64,000 nucleotides of DNA, from positions 26,731 through 90,730 of the forward strand of contig JBGAWP010000001.1 of assembly GCA_044227505.1 (NCBI GenBank), in the 5' to 3' direction. A model generated the notes under the pieces. That model saw only the letters and a program-made list of their open reading frames with translations. It was not told where the DNA came from and did not search any database. Within the stretch, counting starts at the first letter, position 1, and each line of letters starts with the position of its first letter. Source of the stretch: Chitinophagales bacterium. GTDB lineage: Bacteria > Bacteroidota > Bacteroidia > Chitinophagales > BACL12. Of this stretch, positions 1 through 9,488 are shown in pieces. A program made the position numbers and the translations under genes.

Positions 1-1627
1 TCTCCAATTCCGCTAGGGAAGTTATTTTTTTGGCTTCCAGATAATCGTATATATCGCCTATATGTTCTTTGATGCCTTTATTTTTAAATTCAAAAACGCG
101 ATTCGTTATTCCCTTTAAAAAATCTCTGTCGTGGGAAACCACAATTACCGTTCCTTCAAAATTCTTTAATGCATTTTTTAATACATCCTTGCTTCGCATG
201 TCGAGGTGATTGGTAGGCTCATCCAGAATTAATAAATTGTATGGCTCCAATAATAATTTACACATGGCGAGTCGCGATTTTTCTCCTCCCGATAAAACCT
301 TCACTTTTTTGAAGGAGGCTTCTCCGCCAAATAAAAATGCTCCAAGCAAAGTTCTGATATGCGAACGCATTTCGCCGGCAGCCACTTTATCAATGGTATC
401 AAATACTGTATCATCACCACTTAATGTTTCCGCCTGATTTTGTGCATAATACCCAAGATTAACATTATGTCCCAGTTCCATCTCCCCACTATATTTTTCC
501 AAGCCGGCAATTATTTTCGATAAGGTTGATTTACCTTCCCCGTTCTTCCCTACAAATGCAATTTTATCTCCGCGGTGAATTTCAAAATCTATTTTATCGA
601 GAATTAATTTTACATCATAAGTTTTAGAAAGATGTTTTCCTGTTACAACCGTTTTTCCGGAGCGCTGTGGTTTTGGAAAATAAAAGTGAATGGTTGCAGT
701 TTCTTCATCATCCACTTCTATCTCTTCAATTTTATCTAATTTTTTTATAAGCGATTGTGCAAATTTTGCTTTATTTGCTTTTGCCCTGAATTTATCGATC
801 AGTTTTTCAGTATGCTCAATATATTTTTCCTGATTTTTTTGCGCAGCTTTTTGCTGATCAATTCTTTCTTTTCTCAACTCTACGAACTGCGAATAATTTG
901 CAGGATAATCGTATATTTTTTTACTTACGATCTCAATTGTTCTCCGTGTAACATTATCTAAAAATGTTCTGTCGTGGGAAACAATAATAATTGCTCCGGG
1001 ATATGTTTCCAGATATTCCTCCAGCCATTGAATACTTTCAATATCCAAATGATTGGTAGGCTCATCCAATAAAACCAATTCGGGTTTGCTCAACAGAATT
1101 TTTGCCAATTCAATACGCATTTGCCAACCACCGCTGAAAGTTTCCACCGGCATATTAAAATCCTCGCGCATAAATCCCAATCCCATCAAAACCAATTCAA
1201 TTTGTTTTTCGATGGTTGCAACATTTATGATCTCCAAACGATGCGAAACTTCCTGAATCTCATTTATCAGATCGTGGTAAGAATCACTTTCATAATCGGT
1301 GCGCACGGTAAGTTCATGTTCTATCTGATGCATACGCGCATCCAATTGCAATGCTTCATTAAAGGCAGACTGTGTTTCTTCAAACACAGTTTTACCCTTC
1401 ATTTTGCTCAGATCCTGGTGCAAATAACCTATAAGGCTATCTTTTGGAAGAATTACCTGGCCACTATCGGGTTTTTGCAAGCCACTCAATATTTTTAAAA
1501 GTGTAGATTTTCCGGCCCCGTTTTTCCCCACCAAACCTACTCTGTCGTTCTCTTTTAAAGCGAATGTAACCTCCTCAAATAAAAACTCACCACTGAAATG
1601 GATCGATAAATTTTGCACTGCTATCAT
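1..1627 (-). CDS. ABC-F family ATPase with tandem ABC domains; the C-terminal end is cut by the window edge
   Basis: This ORF is missing from the ORF track, presumably because the window edge truncates it. Reading the reverse complement from the ATG at 1627 gives MIAVQNLSIHFSGEFLFEEVTFALKENDRVGLVGKNGAGKSTL (Walker A 1). A second Walker A, DKIAFVGKNGEGKSTL, lies around 530-580, and an ABC signature, LSGGEKSRLAM, around 265-300. The + strand ORFs at 210-1498 are antisense artefacts. Confidence 0.85.
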   Translation of the reverse strand, partial: MIAVQNLSIHFSGEFLFEEVTFALKENDRVGLVGKNGAGKSTLLKILSGLQKPDSGQVILPKDSLIGYLHQDLSKMKGKTVFEETQSAFNEALQLDARMHQIEHELTVRTDYESDSYHDLINEIQEVSHRLEIINVATIEKQIELVLMGLGFMREDFNMPVETFSGGWQMRIELAKILLSKPELVLLDEPTNHLDIESIQWLEEYLETYPGAIIIVSHDRTFLDNVTRRTIEIVSKKIYDYPANYSQFVELRKERIDQQKAAQKNQEKYIEHTEKLIDKFRAKANKAKFAQSLIKKLDKIEEIEVDDEETATIHFYFPKPQRSGKTVVTGKHLSKTYDVKLILDKIDFEIHRGDKIAFVGKNGEGKSTLSKIIAGLEKYSGEMELGHNVNLGYYAQNQAETLSGDDTVFDTIDKVAAGEMRSHIRTLLGAFLFGGEASFKKVKVLSGGEKSRLAMCKLLLEPYNLLILDEPTNHLDMRSKDVLKNALKNFEGTVIVVSHDRDFLKGITNRVFEFKNKGIKEHIGDIYDYLEAKKITSLAELE

Positions 1628-1686
1628 GGTGCAAAGGTAAGGAGTATAACCTTTATATCGTTAAAGTATCTAAAACACAGGCTTTT

Positions 1687-3981
1687 TTATTGTTTTACGA
1701 AAGGATAATGCACGGGATCCTTTCCCGGAAATATCAAGGTTGCAGTATAGGAACCGTCAGCGAGATTTTCCACGGGCAGCGACAAATATCCAGATCCGGA
1801 GTAAATCATTTGTTCAGAAAAAACTACATGTCCCATAGAATTTATAATAGTTACATAAACTCCCTCCCCTGACAATAAATTTTTCATGGTAAATAAAATA
1901 CTCCCGGTGGTTGGGTTTGGAAAAGGGTCATCAATAATTTCAGAAACCTCCACCGAAATAGCATCCGAATAATTAATGCTGCCATCGATATCTACTTGTC
2001 GAAGCCGATAATAATCCACACCCGGAACAGGAGTTTCATCAATAGCGGAATAATTGGTTTCCTTTTGTTCTTGACCTTGTGCCTGAACCGTTTCAATGGA
2101 AATAAATTCGCCGTCTGTATTGCGTTCCACAACAAAATAATCGTTATTAATTTCCGATTCTGTTGACCATTCCAGAATCACAATCCCGTTTTTAAATTCG
2201 CCGTCAAAACTTGTAAGTGTTATGGGCAACAAACAATTATCTGCTATTAGTGTAAATGTTGCTGTTCGTGTAACATTGCAGGCATCGGTAACAAGACAGG
2301 TATAAACAAAGGTGCCGTTCACACAAGAAAAAACTGTGGTATCAGAACCCGTTCCACCGCCGGTCCATAAATAAGTATACGGCGGTACACCGTAAAGTGG
2401 ATTTGGGTCCAACACAAAATCATCACAACAAAAAGCATCATTATAGGTAATTGACCCGCTTCCGTCAACTACATCACCAAGGGTTTCAAGATTATGCCCT
2501 GTGAGTGTTATTGACCAGGTATTTGCATTCATACGTTGGCAAGGAACAGCAGCGCCAACCGGGCAATCGCCATTTGCGTTACAATAACAATAACTCGCAC
2601 GCATTTGAAATGGAATTGAACCTGAACATTTTGGAGTGAGACAGGAAACCAGCGCAAAAAGGTCATAATTAACTGCAGTGCAGGTTCCAATTCCGGCAAA
2701 TGGCCAACAACTCCAGAATAAAGGAGCCGGCGGAGAAAACACATCGCAGGAATCTGACCACATTCTGAAACCGGCATCTGCCATCCAGCAAGCACCAACA
2801 CAAGTTCCGGCAACAGTTATTGCCTGCGAGGAAAACGTACCTGCGGTGAGGGTGCAATTTGGTGGTAATATCACATCTAATGTGTATGAGCAATAGGTTG
2901 CAGCTCCGCACCATTCACCATTGTATTTGAATTTAATAACAGAACCATACATGGCAGTAGAAGTTACCAAGGGGTCTATAACAACCGGATACACAAGTTC
3001 GGGTTCGTTAAGCCAATTTCCTGAAATTAAAATTGTAAGATTTTTTGAAATGGAGTCATATATATATTCAGGACTATATTCATGAATTCCAATGGAGTCG
3101 CGACTTGTTAAGGTCACGTATTTACTGTCGTAGGCAATAGCCCTTCCAATTTCAAACCCATATAATTCTGCTTCTGTGGAAGCCGAATTAATTGTTCCTA
3201 TCCATCCTTTTTCCCCAAACCACCCGGTTCCGTAGCCGACAGCAAAATTTTCCGGTAGAATTATTTGATCTGTAATTGCGAGATATCCATCAGTGATTCC
3301 CAAAGGGTTTTTAATGATAAAATTTGTTTTGATCATATTAAGATCAAAGGTTATTTCCATATCCATTTCGGGCCAAACATCCTTTACATATATACCATGA
3401 TCACCTATGGTATAATTCGACCAATTTGCACTTCCAATAATAATTGTGTCACCACCCGGTAATAAATGTTTCAACTTTAATGCATTATTAAAAGCGAAAC
3501 GCTCGCCATTCACAATAAAAGCTGTTTGATTTACATTGAGATCCACTAACGTAGGGGTTGCCTGATTTTTTGCAATATAAAGGTTGGCGGAATCTTGCTG
3601 AAGCCGGCGGTCAAAAGAAATAAACCGACCCATTTCATCCATATAATGAATTGCATCGAAAGCGGTTTGTTTGTAAAAGGTATTTCCGTTAGTTCCGCTT
3701 CTTACAAAATATCTGGAATCCGGTGTTCTTCTGTCAATCAGTTCCACACAATCATAACAGGGTGTATTTTCAGGCAATATTCCGAATTCGGGATGAGTAT
3801 AAACGGAGGAGTCAGAGAGATCTAATAGCTCCTGCGTAATGTTAGGGGTTCTGGGGTCGAAGGAGTAAAGGTTAGGCTCCCACACCTCCATACTTTGTCC
3901 GAAAATATTTCTTGAGGAGATTAGAAATAGGTTCAAAAACAGTACTATCCCCAAAAGGCCGATAGTGTTGTGGTTTTTCAT
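1687..3981 (-). CDS. Secreted Cys-rich hypothetical protein with a T9SS type A C-terminal sorting domain
   Basis: This is ORF 1687..3999. I prefer the ATG at 3981 (MKNHNTIGLLGIVLFLNLFLISS, signal-peptide-like) over the upstream TTG. The C-terminal approximately 80 aa (FPNPTTGSILFTM...GSYTATLIF...VKQ) looks like a Por/T9SS CTD. The central region is very Cys-rich. Confidence 0.7.
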   Translation of the reverse strand: MKNHNTIGLLGIVLFLNLFLISSRNIFGQSMEVWEPNLYSFDPRTPNITQELLDLSDSSVYTHPEFGILPENTPCYDCVELIDRRTPDSRYFVRSGTNGNTFYKQTAFDAIHYMDEMGRFISFDRRLQQDSANLYIAKNQATPTLVDLNVNQTAFIVNGERFAFNNALKLKHLLPGGDTIIIGSANWSNYTIGDHGIYVKDVWPEMDMEITFDLNMIKTNFIIKNPLGITDGYLAITDQIILPENFAVGYGTGWFGEKGWIGTINSASTEAELYGFEIGRAIAYDSKYVTLTSRDSIGIHEYSPEYIYDSISKNLTILISGNWLNEPELVYPVVIDPLVTSTAMYGSVIKFKYNGEWCGAATYCSYTLDVILPPNCTLTAGTFSSQAITVAGTCVGACWMADAGFRMWSDSCDVFSPPAPLFWSCWPFAGIGTCTAVNYDLFALVSCLTPKCSGSIPFQMRASYCYCNANGDCPVGAAVPCQRMNANTWSITLTGHNLETLGDVVDGSGSITYNDAFCCDDFVLDPNPLYGVPPYTYLWTGGGTGSDTTVFSCVNGTFVYTCLVTDACNVTRTATFTLIADNCLLPITLTSFDGEFKNGIVILEWSTESEINNDYFVVERNTDGEFISIETVQAQGQEQKETNYSAIDETPVPGVDYYRLRQVDIDGSINYSDAISVEVSEIIDDPFPNPTTGSILFTMKNLLSGEGVYVTIINSMGHVVFSEQMIYSGSGYLSLPVENLADGSYTATLIFPGKDPVHYPFVKQ

Positions 3982-4048
3982 AAATAATAGGTAGCACAAG
4001 GGTTTAATAATCCTATAGATCGCTATTTTTACATAAAATTAATTTTTT

Positions 4049-4717
4049 ATGTCACAAATTCAAAGGGAAACCATTAAATTTTTACAGTTATTAGATAAAA
4101 ACAACAACAAACCCTGGTTTGAGCAGCACAGACCTGAGTTTGAGGCTGCAAAAGCCAATTTTTTAGACTTTAATACCGAGTTGATATCCAAAATGCAAAA
4201 AATGGATAATTCGCTTCATGGATTGGATCCCAAAAAAACAGTATTCAGGATCAACAGGGATGTGCGATTTTCGAAGGATAAAAGTCCCTATAAAAATAAT
4301 ATGGGTACTGCCATGAGTAAAGGCGGAAAAAATATGATGACCGCAGGTTATTACTTTCATTTACAACCCGGAAATAAATCTTTTGCAGCAATTGGATCCT
4401 ATATGCCGGCACCGGATATTTTACAAAATATAAGGCAAGAAATTGATTATGATCTTGCAGCATTTAAAAAAATAATTCAGGCAGCATCCTTCAAAAAATA
4501 TTTTGATGGATTTGATGATATCGAAAGATTAAAAACAGTGCCGAAAGGATATACAGCAGATAATCCGGCAATTGAATATTTAAAGAACAGGAGTTTTGTT
4601 GTGTCAAAATATTATACCGATAAAGAAATTCTATCGGCTGATTTTATATCTGAATTACTTAAATGTTATAAAGCAGCCTACCCATTGGTTTTATTTTTAC
4701 ACAGAGCAGAAAAGTGA
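4049..4717 (+). CDS. DUF2461 (TIGR02453-like) family protein
   Basis: It carries the hallmark motifs KFLQLLDKNNNKPWFEQHRPEFE and RINRDVRFSKDKSPYK. Its length of 222 aa is typical for the family. Confidence 0.8.
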   Translation: MSQIQRETIKFLQLLDKNNNKPWFEQHRPEFEAAKANFLDFNTELISKMQKMDNSLHGLDPKKTVFRINRDVRFSKDKSPYKNNMGTAMSKGGKNMMTAGYYFHLQPGNKSFAAIGSYMPAPDILQNIRQEIDYDLAAFKKIIQAASFKKYFDGFDDIERLKTVPKGYTADNPAIEYLKNRSFVVSKYYTDKEILSADFISELLKCYKAAYPLVLFLHRAEK

Positions 4718-4765
4718 TTAAACTCCTATTTTAATAATAAAAAAATCATTACTTTCATCCTCGAA

Positions 4766-6628
4766 ATGCGCAGTCTCCTTCTTTTAATAATTATTAGCTT
4801 TTTATTCAGTGTCAATTTTGCACAAAGTATTATTGCATATCCTGATACAATAATTTGCAGCGCTGAACCGGTATGGTTATATGCAACGGTTGACGGAAGT
4901 TATGGAACAGAAGAATATACCTACGAATCGCTGCCCTTTGCACCTGAACCGATTTCAGGGTCGGTGCATAATATGGTTGATGATACACATGTAGGACCTT
5001 TTTCAATAGGATTTGATTTTTGTTTTTTCGGAGAGATCTACACGCAGTTTTATATTGCATCCAATGGATGGATCAGTTTTTTAAACCCTTCGGGAGCAAT
5101 GGATGTGAACTGGACACCCGATGGTCCGATACCGGATGCAGCAGCAGGTGTGCCAAAAGCGGCAATTTTTAGCCCCTGGACAGACTGGCATTCAGGATTA
5201 TGCACAAATTGTATATTTCATGAGGTGGTTGGGACTGCCCCCAACAGAAAATTGATTGTGAGTTGGGAAGATGTACCATTATTTTCCTGCACAGGATTTG
5301 AAGGCACCTTTCAGATCGTTTTACACGAAACAACGAATCAAATTGAAAATCATTTAACCTCTGTGGATGTTTGTCCGGGTTGGGATCTTGGAATTGCAAC
5401 GCAGGGTATTTTGAATGAAGATGGAACACAGGGTTATGCCATAGCCGGCAGAAATGCTACCAACTGGTCTGCAACAAATGAAACCTGGGTATGGTTGCCA
5501 AGTGCCATAACATGGTATGAAACTGCAACTGGTACCGAGATCGGAACGGGAGATAGCATAGAAGTTTCACCTGCAGCCACCACTACTTACACAGCGGAGG
5601 TATTATTATGCGACGGAACAACACTCTCGGATGATGTGACCGTTACGATAGTTACTCCCTACGATGTTACTGTTGATGTTCAAAATATTACCTGTAACGG
5701 CGATGCCAATGCATGGATAGATGTGGATGTAACAGGAAATGTTAATCCTATTACCTATTCGTGGTCTACCGGCGATACTACCGACAGTATATATGGTCTT
5801 GAACCCGGTGTTTACACAATTACCATTCAGGAGGTGGATGGATGTGCTTATTTTGAGGAGATCATTATCACAGAACCACCGTTGTTAACCCTTGATACTA
5901 TATTAACTGGTGATATTACTTGTTTTGGAGGTAATGATGGTGTTGTTGAGCTGGATCCAACTGGCGGGGTTGCTCCTTATTTGTTTAGTTTCGATGGAGT
6001 AAGCTGGCAAACCGACAGCAATTTTACAACCATGTATGCAGGAGTATACACTTTTTATGTTAAGGATGCTTTTGGCTGCACGGTCACTTTCAGCACCGTA
6101 GTTCTCGACCAACCGGCTCCAATTATTGTTGATGCAGGCTCTAACCACACTGTGGCTTATGGGAGCTCGGTAGTTCTGGAAGCTACCTCGCCCTCCGATC
6201 CTATAACTTCAATTGAATGGTCGCCAACTGACGGGTTGAGTTGCACCGACTGCATGCAACCTGTAGCTTCACCAACCTTCAATACTACTTATTATATTAC
6301 TATTACCGACGAAAACGGATGCACAGCAACTGATTCGGTAATTGTTTGGGTGGATATTGATTTTAATGTACCAAATGCTTTTACTCCAAATGGAGATGGG
6401 TTAAACGACCTGTTTAATATACAAACGGAACTCCTTATTTCTTACAGTATCACTATTTATAACCGTTGGGGTTCTGTTATATTCGCTTCAAATGATATAA
6501 GAATAGGCTGGGATGGCAATTTTCAGGGTAAACCACAGGAGATCGGGGTTTACATGTATGAGATCAAGTCCGTTTCCACCCTTAATTTGCCCATCTCAAA
6601 AACGGGTACCATAACACTTTTGCGTTAG
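4766..6628 (+). CDS. Adhesin-like protein with SprB-type repeats and a gliding-motility-associated (T9SS type B) C-terminal domain
   Basis: It has a signal peptide (MRSLLLLIIISFLFSVNFAQ). It has repeats ITCNGDANAWIDVDVTGN..YSWSTGDTT and ITCFGGNDGVVELDPTGGVAPYLFSFDG. The C-terminal motif is VPNAFTPNGDGLNDLF. Confidence 0.8.
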   Translation: MRSLLLLIIISFLFSVNFAQSIIAYPDTIICSAEPVWLYATVDGSYGTEEYTYESLPFAPEPISGSVHNMVDDTHVGPFSIGFDFCFFGEIYTQFYIASNGWISFLNPSGAMDVNWTPDGPIPDAAAGVPKAAIFSPWTDWHSGLCTNCIFHEVVGTAPNRKLIVSWEDVPLFSCTGFEGTFQIVLHETTNQIENHLTSVDVCPGWDLGIATQGILNEDGTQGYAIAGRNATNWSATNETWVWLPSAITWYETATGTEIGTGDSIEVSPAATTTYTAEVLLCDGTTLSDDVTVTIVTPYDVTVDVQNITCNGDANAWIDVDVTGNVNPITYSWSTGDTTDSIYGLEPGVYTITIQEVDGCAYFEEIIITEPPLLTLDTILTGDITCFGGNDGVVELDPTGGVAPYLFSFDGVSWQTDSNFTTMYAGVYTFYVKDAFGCTVTFSTVVLDQPAPIIVDAGSNHTVAYGSSVVLEATSPSDPITSIEWSPTDGLSCTDCMQPVASPTFNTTYYITITDENGCTATDSVIVWVDIDFNVPNAFTPNGDGLNDLFNIQTELLISYSITIYNRWGSVIFASNDIRIGWDGNFQGKPQEIGVYMYEIKSVSTLNLPISKTGTITLLR

Positions 6629-6874
6629 TTTGTGCATAATGCGGACCCATTTGATGCACTTGATAATTAATTGGTTGCATGGGTGCAAAATTTTTTTTAA
6701 TTTTTTTTTGGTTTTCTCATTTTTAACCATAGCTTTGTTTCAATTAATTGCGAGAGTAAGAGGCAATGGTTTTTTTTAATAAGTTAAAATCATGGTCTGA
6801 TTAACTAAAAATAGGTAAAGAATGCCTTTATTTTTAAAATTTCGCAAAAAAAATTGACAAAATTGCAACTCCGA

Positions 6875-6906
6875 TTTGCATAAGAACAATAGGGGTTATA
6901 GTTTTG
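6875..6906 (+). promoter_or_regulatory. Candidate Bacteroidota-type promoter for the OmpA-family gene
   Basis: A TTTG at 6875-6878 is followed 20 nt later by TAgtTTTG at 6899-6906. This matches the TTTG / TAnnTTTG consensus of Bacteroidetes sigma-A promoters. It lies about 65 nt upstream of the ATG at 6972. Confidence 0.35.
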
Positions 6907-6971
6907 CCGTCATATTAGATTATTTTATACATTATAGAATTTAAAATATTATTAACTTTAATTAATACGTC

Positions 6972-8567
6972 ATGATTAGTAGAAAACTCACGTTAGTGGT
7001 ATTGTTGCTGGTTGGCATCATTACCTTTGGCCAAAGCCAAAATTCTCCATTTCCTCCAAAACCTGCCAACAAATGGCAAATTGGATTGAATCTTGGAGTT
7101 CCCCAGATTCTGGGTGATATTAAATCTGAACCTTTTGGTGGTAACCACACTCCTGCTTTTGGTGTTGGTTTAAACGTTCGTAAAAGTTTAGGCTACCTTT
7201 TATCTATGCGTTTGCATGGTATGTATGGTAATGCTTACGGACAGGATTTCATCCAGGGTTCTTATGCGTTTAACAAAACACTCAATGGTGCTTTTGCAAA
7301 CAGCACGAATGAGAATTACTCAACAGGTGCCGATTATACCGGTAACGTTTGGGTACCAAACTATAAAACTCAAATGGGCCACGGATCATTGGATCTGATG
7401 GTTAACATAAACAATCTTAACTTCCACACAGCATCTTCTAAATTCTTAGTATATGCATTTGTTGGAGTAGGTGGTTTCATATTTAATACGAAGATGGATG
7501 CGTTGAATGGTGATACACCATATGACTACGCAGCTATTCTTGGAGCTTTCGGTTCTCAGAACACATCAGAAAAAGAGCGTATCGATGCGATACATGCTGT
7601 ATTGGATGGTGAATATGAAACGCAAGCTGAAATTGCGACACCTGCAGCACGTGAAGAAGGTGAAGTAAGAGGAACATGGGTACGTAACCCAAGTATCTCC
7701 GGTGGTTTCGGTATGTCTTACAGAATCGGAGCAAACATGGAGATCGGTTTAGAACACAGAGCTTCTCATTACTTCGACGACTTAGCAGATGGTCAGCGTT
7801 GGGAATTGGATGGTGACTACACAGATCACTATGACATGTTCCAATACACTAACCTTACCTTCGGTATCAACTTAGGTAAAGCAGATGCAGTAGATCCACT
7901 TTGGGAAATGAACCCTCTTGCATACTTATATGAGGAAATTGCTAAAATTGATGTTGATGAATTATTAAAAGATTCTGACAACGACGGTGTTCTTGATCGT
8001 TTAGATAAAGAACCAAATACTGCAGAAGGAACTCCGGTTGATACACATGGTGTTAGCTTGGATTCAGATAAAGATGGTTGCCCGGATTCAGAAGATCCTG
8101 AACCATATTCATCTCCGGTTCTTCCTATGGAAAATTGCCAGAACGTTCACGTAACAATGACTGAAGTAAAAGCTTATGTTGACAAAGCAATTGCTGACAT
8201 AGGACCTGGTAAAGGTGGTGCGAGCGATTGGATCTTACCTTACATATTCTTCGACTTAAATAAATATGAAATCCGTCCGGATGCAGTACCTACCTTAAAT
8301 CAGGTTGCTGAGATCATGAACAGATATACAAAATTAGAAGTAGAAGTTGTTGGTCACACTGATACTCAAGGTAGTGAATCAATGAATATGAAATTATCTG
8401 AAAATCGTTCTAAATCAGCTATCGCTTACCTTACTAAAAAAGGTGTATCTGAAAGCAGAATGAAAATCGTTTATAAAGGTGAAGGATCTGTTATCATCGA
8501 AAATGCTAATACTCCTGACGAACACCAAATGAATCGTCGTGTGGAATTCCACATCATTAAGAATTAA
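6972..8567 (+). CDS. OmpA-family outer membrane protein with thrombospondin type-3 repeats
   Basis: It has a signal peptide and an N-terminal beta-barrel-like region. TSP3 repeats are DSDNDGVLDRLDKEPNT and DSDKDGCPDSEDPEP. The C-terminal OmpA_C domain reads VVGHTDTQGS...LSENRSKSAIAYL...NRRVEF. Confidence 0.9.
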   Translation: MISRKLTLVVLLLVGIITFGQSQNSPFPPKPANKWQIGLNLGVPQILGDIKSEPFGGNHTPAFGVGLNVRKSLGYLLSMRLHGMYGNAYGQDFIQGSYAFNKTLNGAFANSTNENYSTGADYTGNVWVPNYKTQMGHGSLDLMVNINNLNFHTASSKFLVYAFVGVGGFIFNTKMDALNGDTPYDYAAILGAFGSQNTSEKERIDAIHAVLDGEYETQAEIATPAAREEGEVRGTWVRNPSISGGFGMSYRIGANMEIGLEHRASHYFDDLADGQRWELDGDYTDHYDMFQYTNLTFGINLGKADAVDPLWEMNPLAYLYEEIAKIDVDELLKDSDNDGVLDRLDKEPNTAEGTPVDTHGVSLDSDKDGCPDSEDPEPYSSPVLPMENCQNVHVTMTEVKAYVDKAIADIGPGKGGASDWILPYIFFDLNKYEIRPDAVPTLNQVAEIMNRYTKLEVEVVGHTDTQGSESMNMKLSENRSKSAIAYLTKKGVSESRMKIVYKGEGSVIIENANTPDEHQMNRRVEFHIIKN

Positions 8568-8600
8568 TACTGATATATACATATAATCATGACAGCCAAA

Positions 8601-8630
8601 GGGGTGGAGTTAAATCCACCCCTTTTTTTT
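8601..8630 (+). terminator. Rho-independent terminator after the OmpA-family gene
   Basis: The stem GGGGTGGA (8601-8608) pairs with TCCACCCC (8615-8622) around a 6-nt loop. A T8 run follows at 8623-8630. Confidence 0.7.
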
Positions 8631-8646
8631 ATCACAGAGTGGACAA

Positions 8647-8756
8647 GGGATCGCGGATTTTGGATCGCGGATTTAAGGGGGATTTCGCGGATTGCGCGGA
8701 TTTTGGTTTTGGATCGCGGATTTTATGGGGATTTCGCGGATTGCGCGGATTTTGGG
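8647..8756. repeat. CGCGGATT-word tandem repeat (two units of about 45-49 bp plus a partial unit)
   Basis: GGATCGCGGATTTaagggGGATTTCGCGGATTGCGCGGATTTTGG at 8662-8706 recurs nearly identically at 8711-8755. A partial GGATCGCGGATTTT lies at 8648-8661. Confidence 0.9.
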
Positions 8757-8795
8757 TTGTTGAAGTAATTATTTAGTTTTATATGGATTTAGATA

Positions 8796-9488
8796 ATGTT
8801 TAGAATATTAATCATATCTGTAGTATTTTTTGTTTGTACTTCTGTTAATGGGCAGAATCAAAATGGGGAGGAGAAAAAAATTCCGCATTTGTATTTTCCT
8901 TATGAGCAGGTGGAGAAAAATTCGGTGCAGGATAGATCTGCTTCAAATATTATGGATACCGACAATGATGGTGTGCTTGATGAATTTGATAAGGAAATAA
9001 ATTCTCCTCTAGGTTTTCCTGTTGATGTGTTTGGTGTTTCGATGGATAGTGATAAGGATGGTTGTTTGGATGCTGAGGATCCGGAACCTTTGTCGTCACA
9101 GGTTTTGCCTATCGAGAATTGTGTAACCGTTATTCAAACTATTTGTGGTTATAAATGCGGGGGGAGCTCGGGATTTGCCGATTTGTGCATTCCGACTTTG
9201 TTTTTTGAAAAAAGTTCTGTGGATATTGCTGAAGAATCTGTTATTAATTTAAGATCAGTTTTTGAACTAATGGATAGATATCCAAAATTAAAAATGGCAA
9301 TTATTGGTAATTCAACCGTCTATTCTGATGAAGTTATAACATTAGAAAGAATAAAATTTGTAACGCAATATTTATTAGACAAAGGGATATCGGAAGAGCG
9401 GTTGATTATAATGCAAAATAAATATAAAGTAAAAAATTCTACTACCGATATGTTGGATTCTAATGTAGCCTTTAATGTAATTCAATAA
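8796..9488 (+). CDS. OmpA-like tandem paralogue with TSP3 repeats and a degenerate OmpA_C domain
   Basis: It shares DTDNDGVLDEFDKE and DSDKDGCLDAEDPEPLSSQVLPIENC with the upstream gene. The C-terminal part aligns to OmpA_C, but GHTD is replaced by GNST and the NRRVEF motif is absent. Confidence 0.65.
   Translation: MFRILIISVVFFVCTSVNGQNQNGEEKKIPHLYFPYEQVEKNSVQDRSASNIMDTDNDGVLDEFDKEINSPLGFPVDVFGVSMDSDKDGCLDAEDPEPLSSQVLPIENCVTVIQTICGYKCGGSSGFADLCIPTLFFEKSSVDIAEESVINLRSVFELMDRYPKLKMAIIGNSTVYSDEVITLERIKFVTQYLLDKGISEERLIIMQNKYKVKNSTTDMLDSNVAFNVIQ

Noticed and set aside
210-1498. Four + strand ORFs (210-437, 755-961, 1053-1256, 1121-1498)
   Set aside because: They are antisense to a continuous ABC-F reading frame with two Walker A motifs and an LSGGE signature. 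Their sequences are low-complexity.
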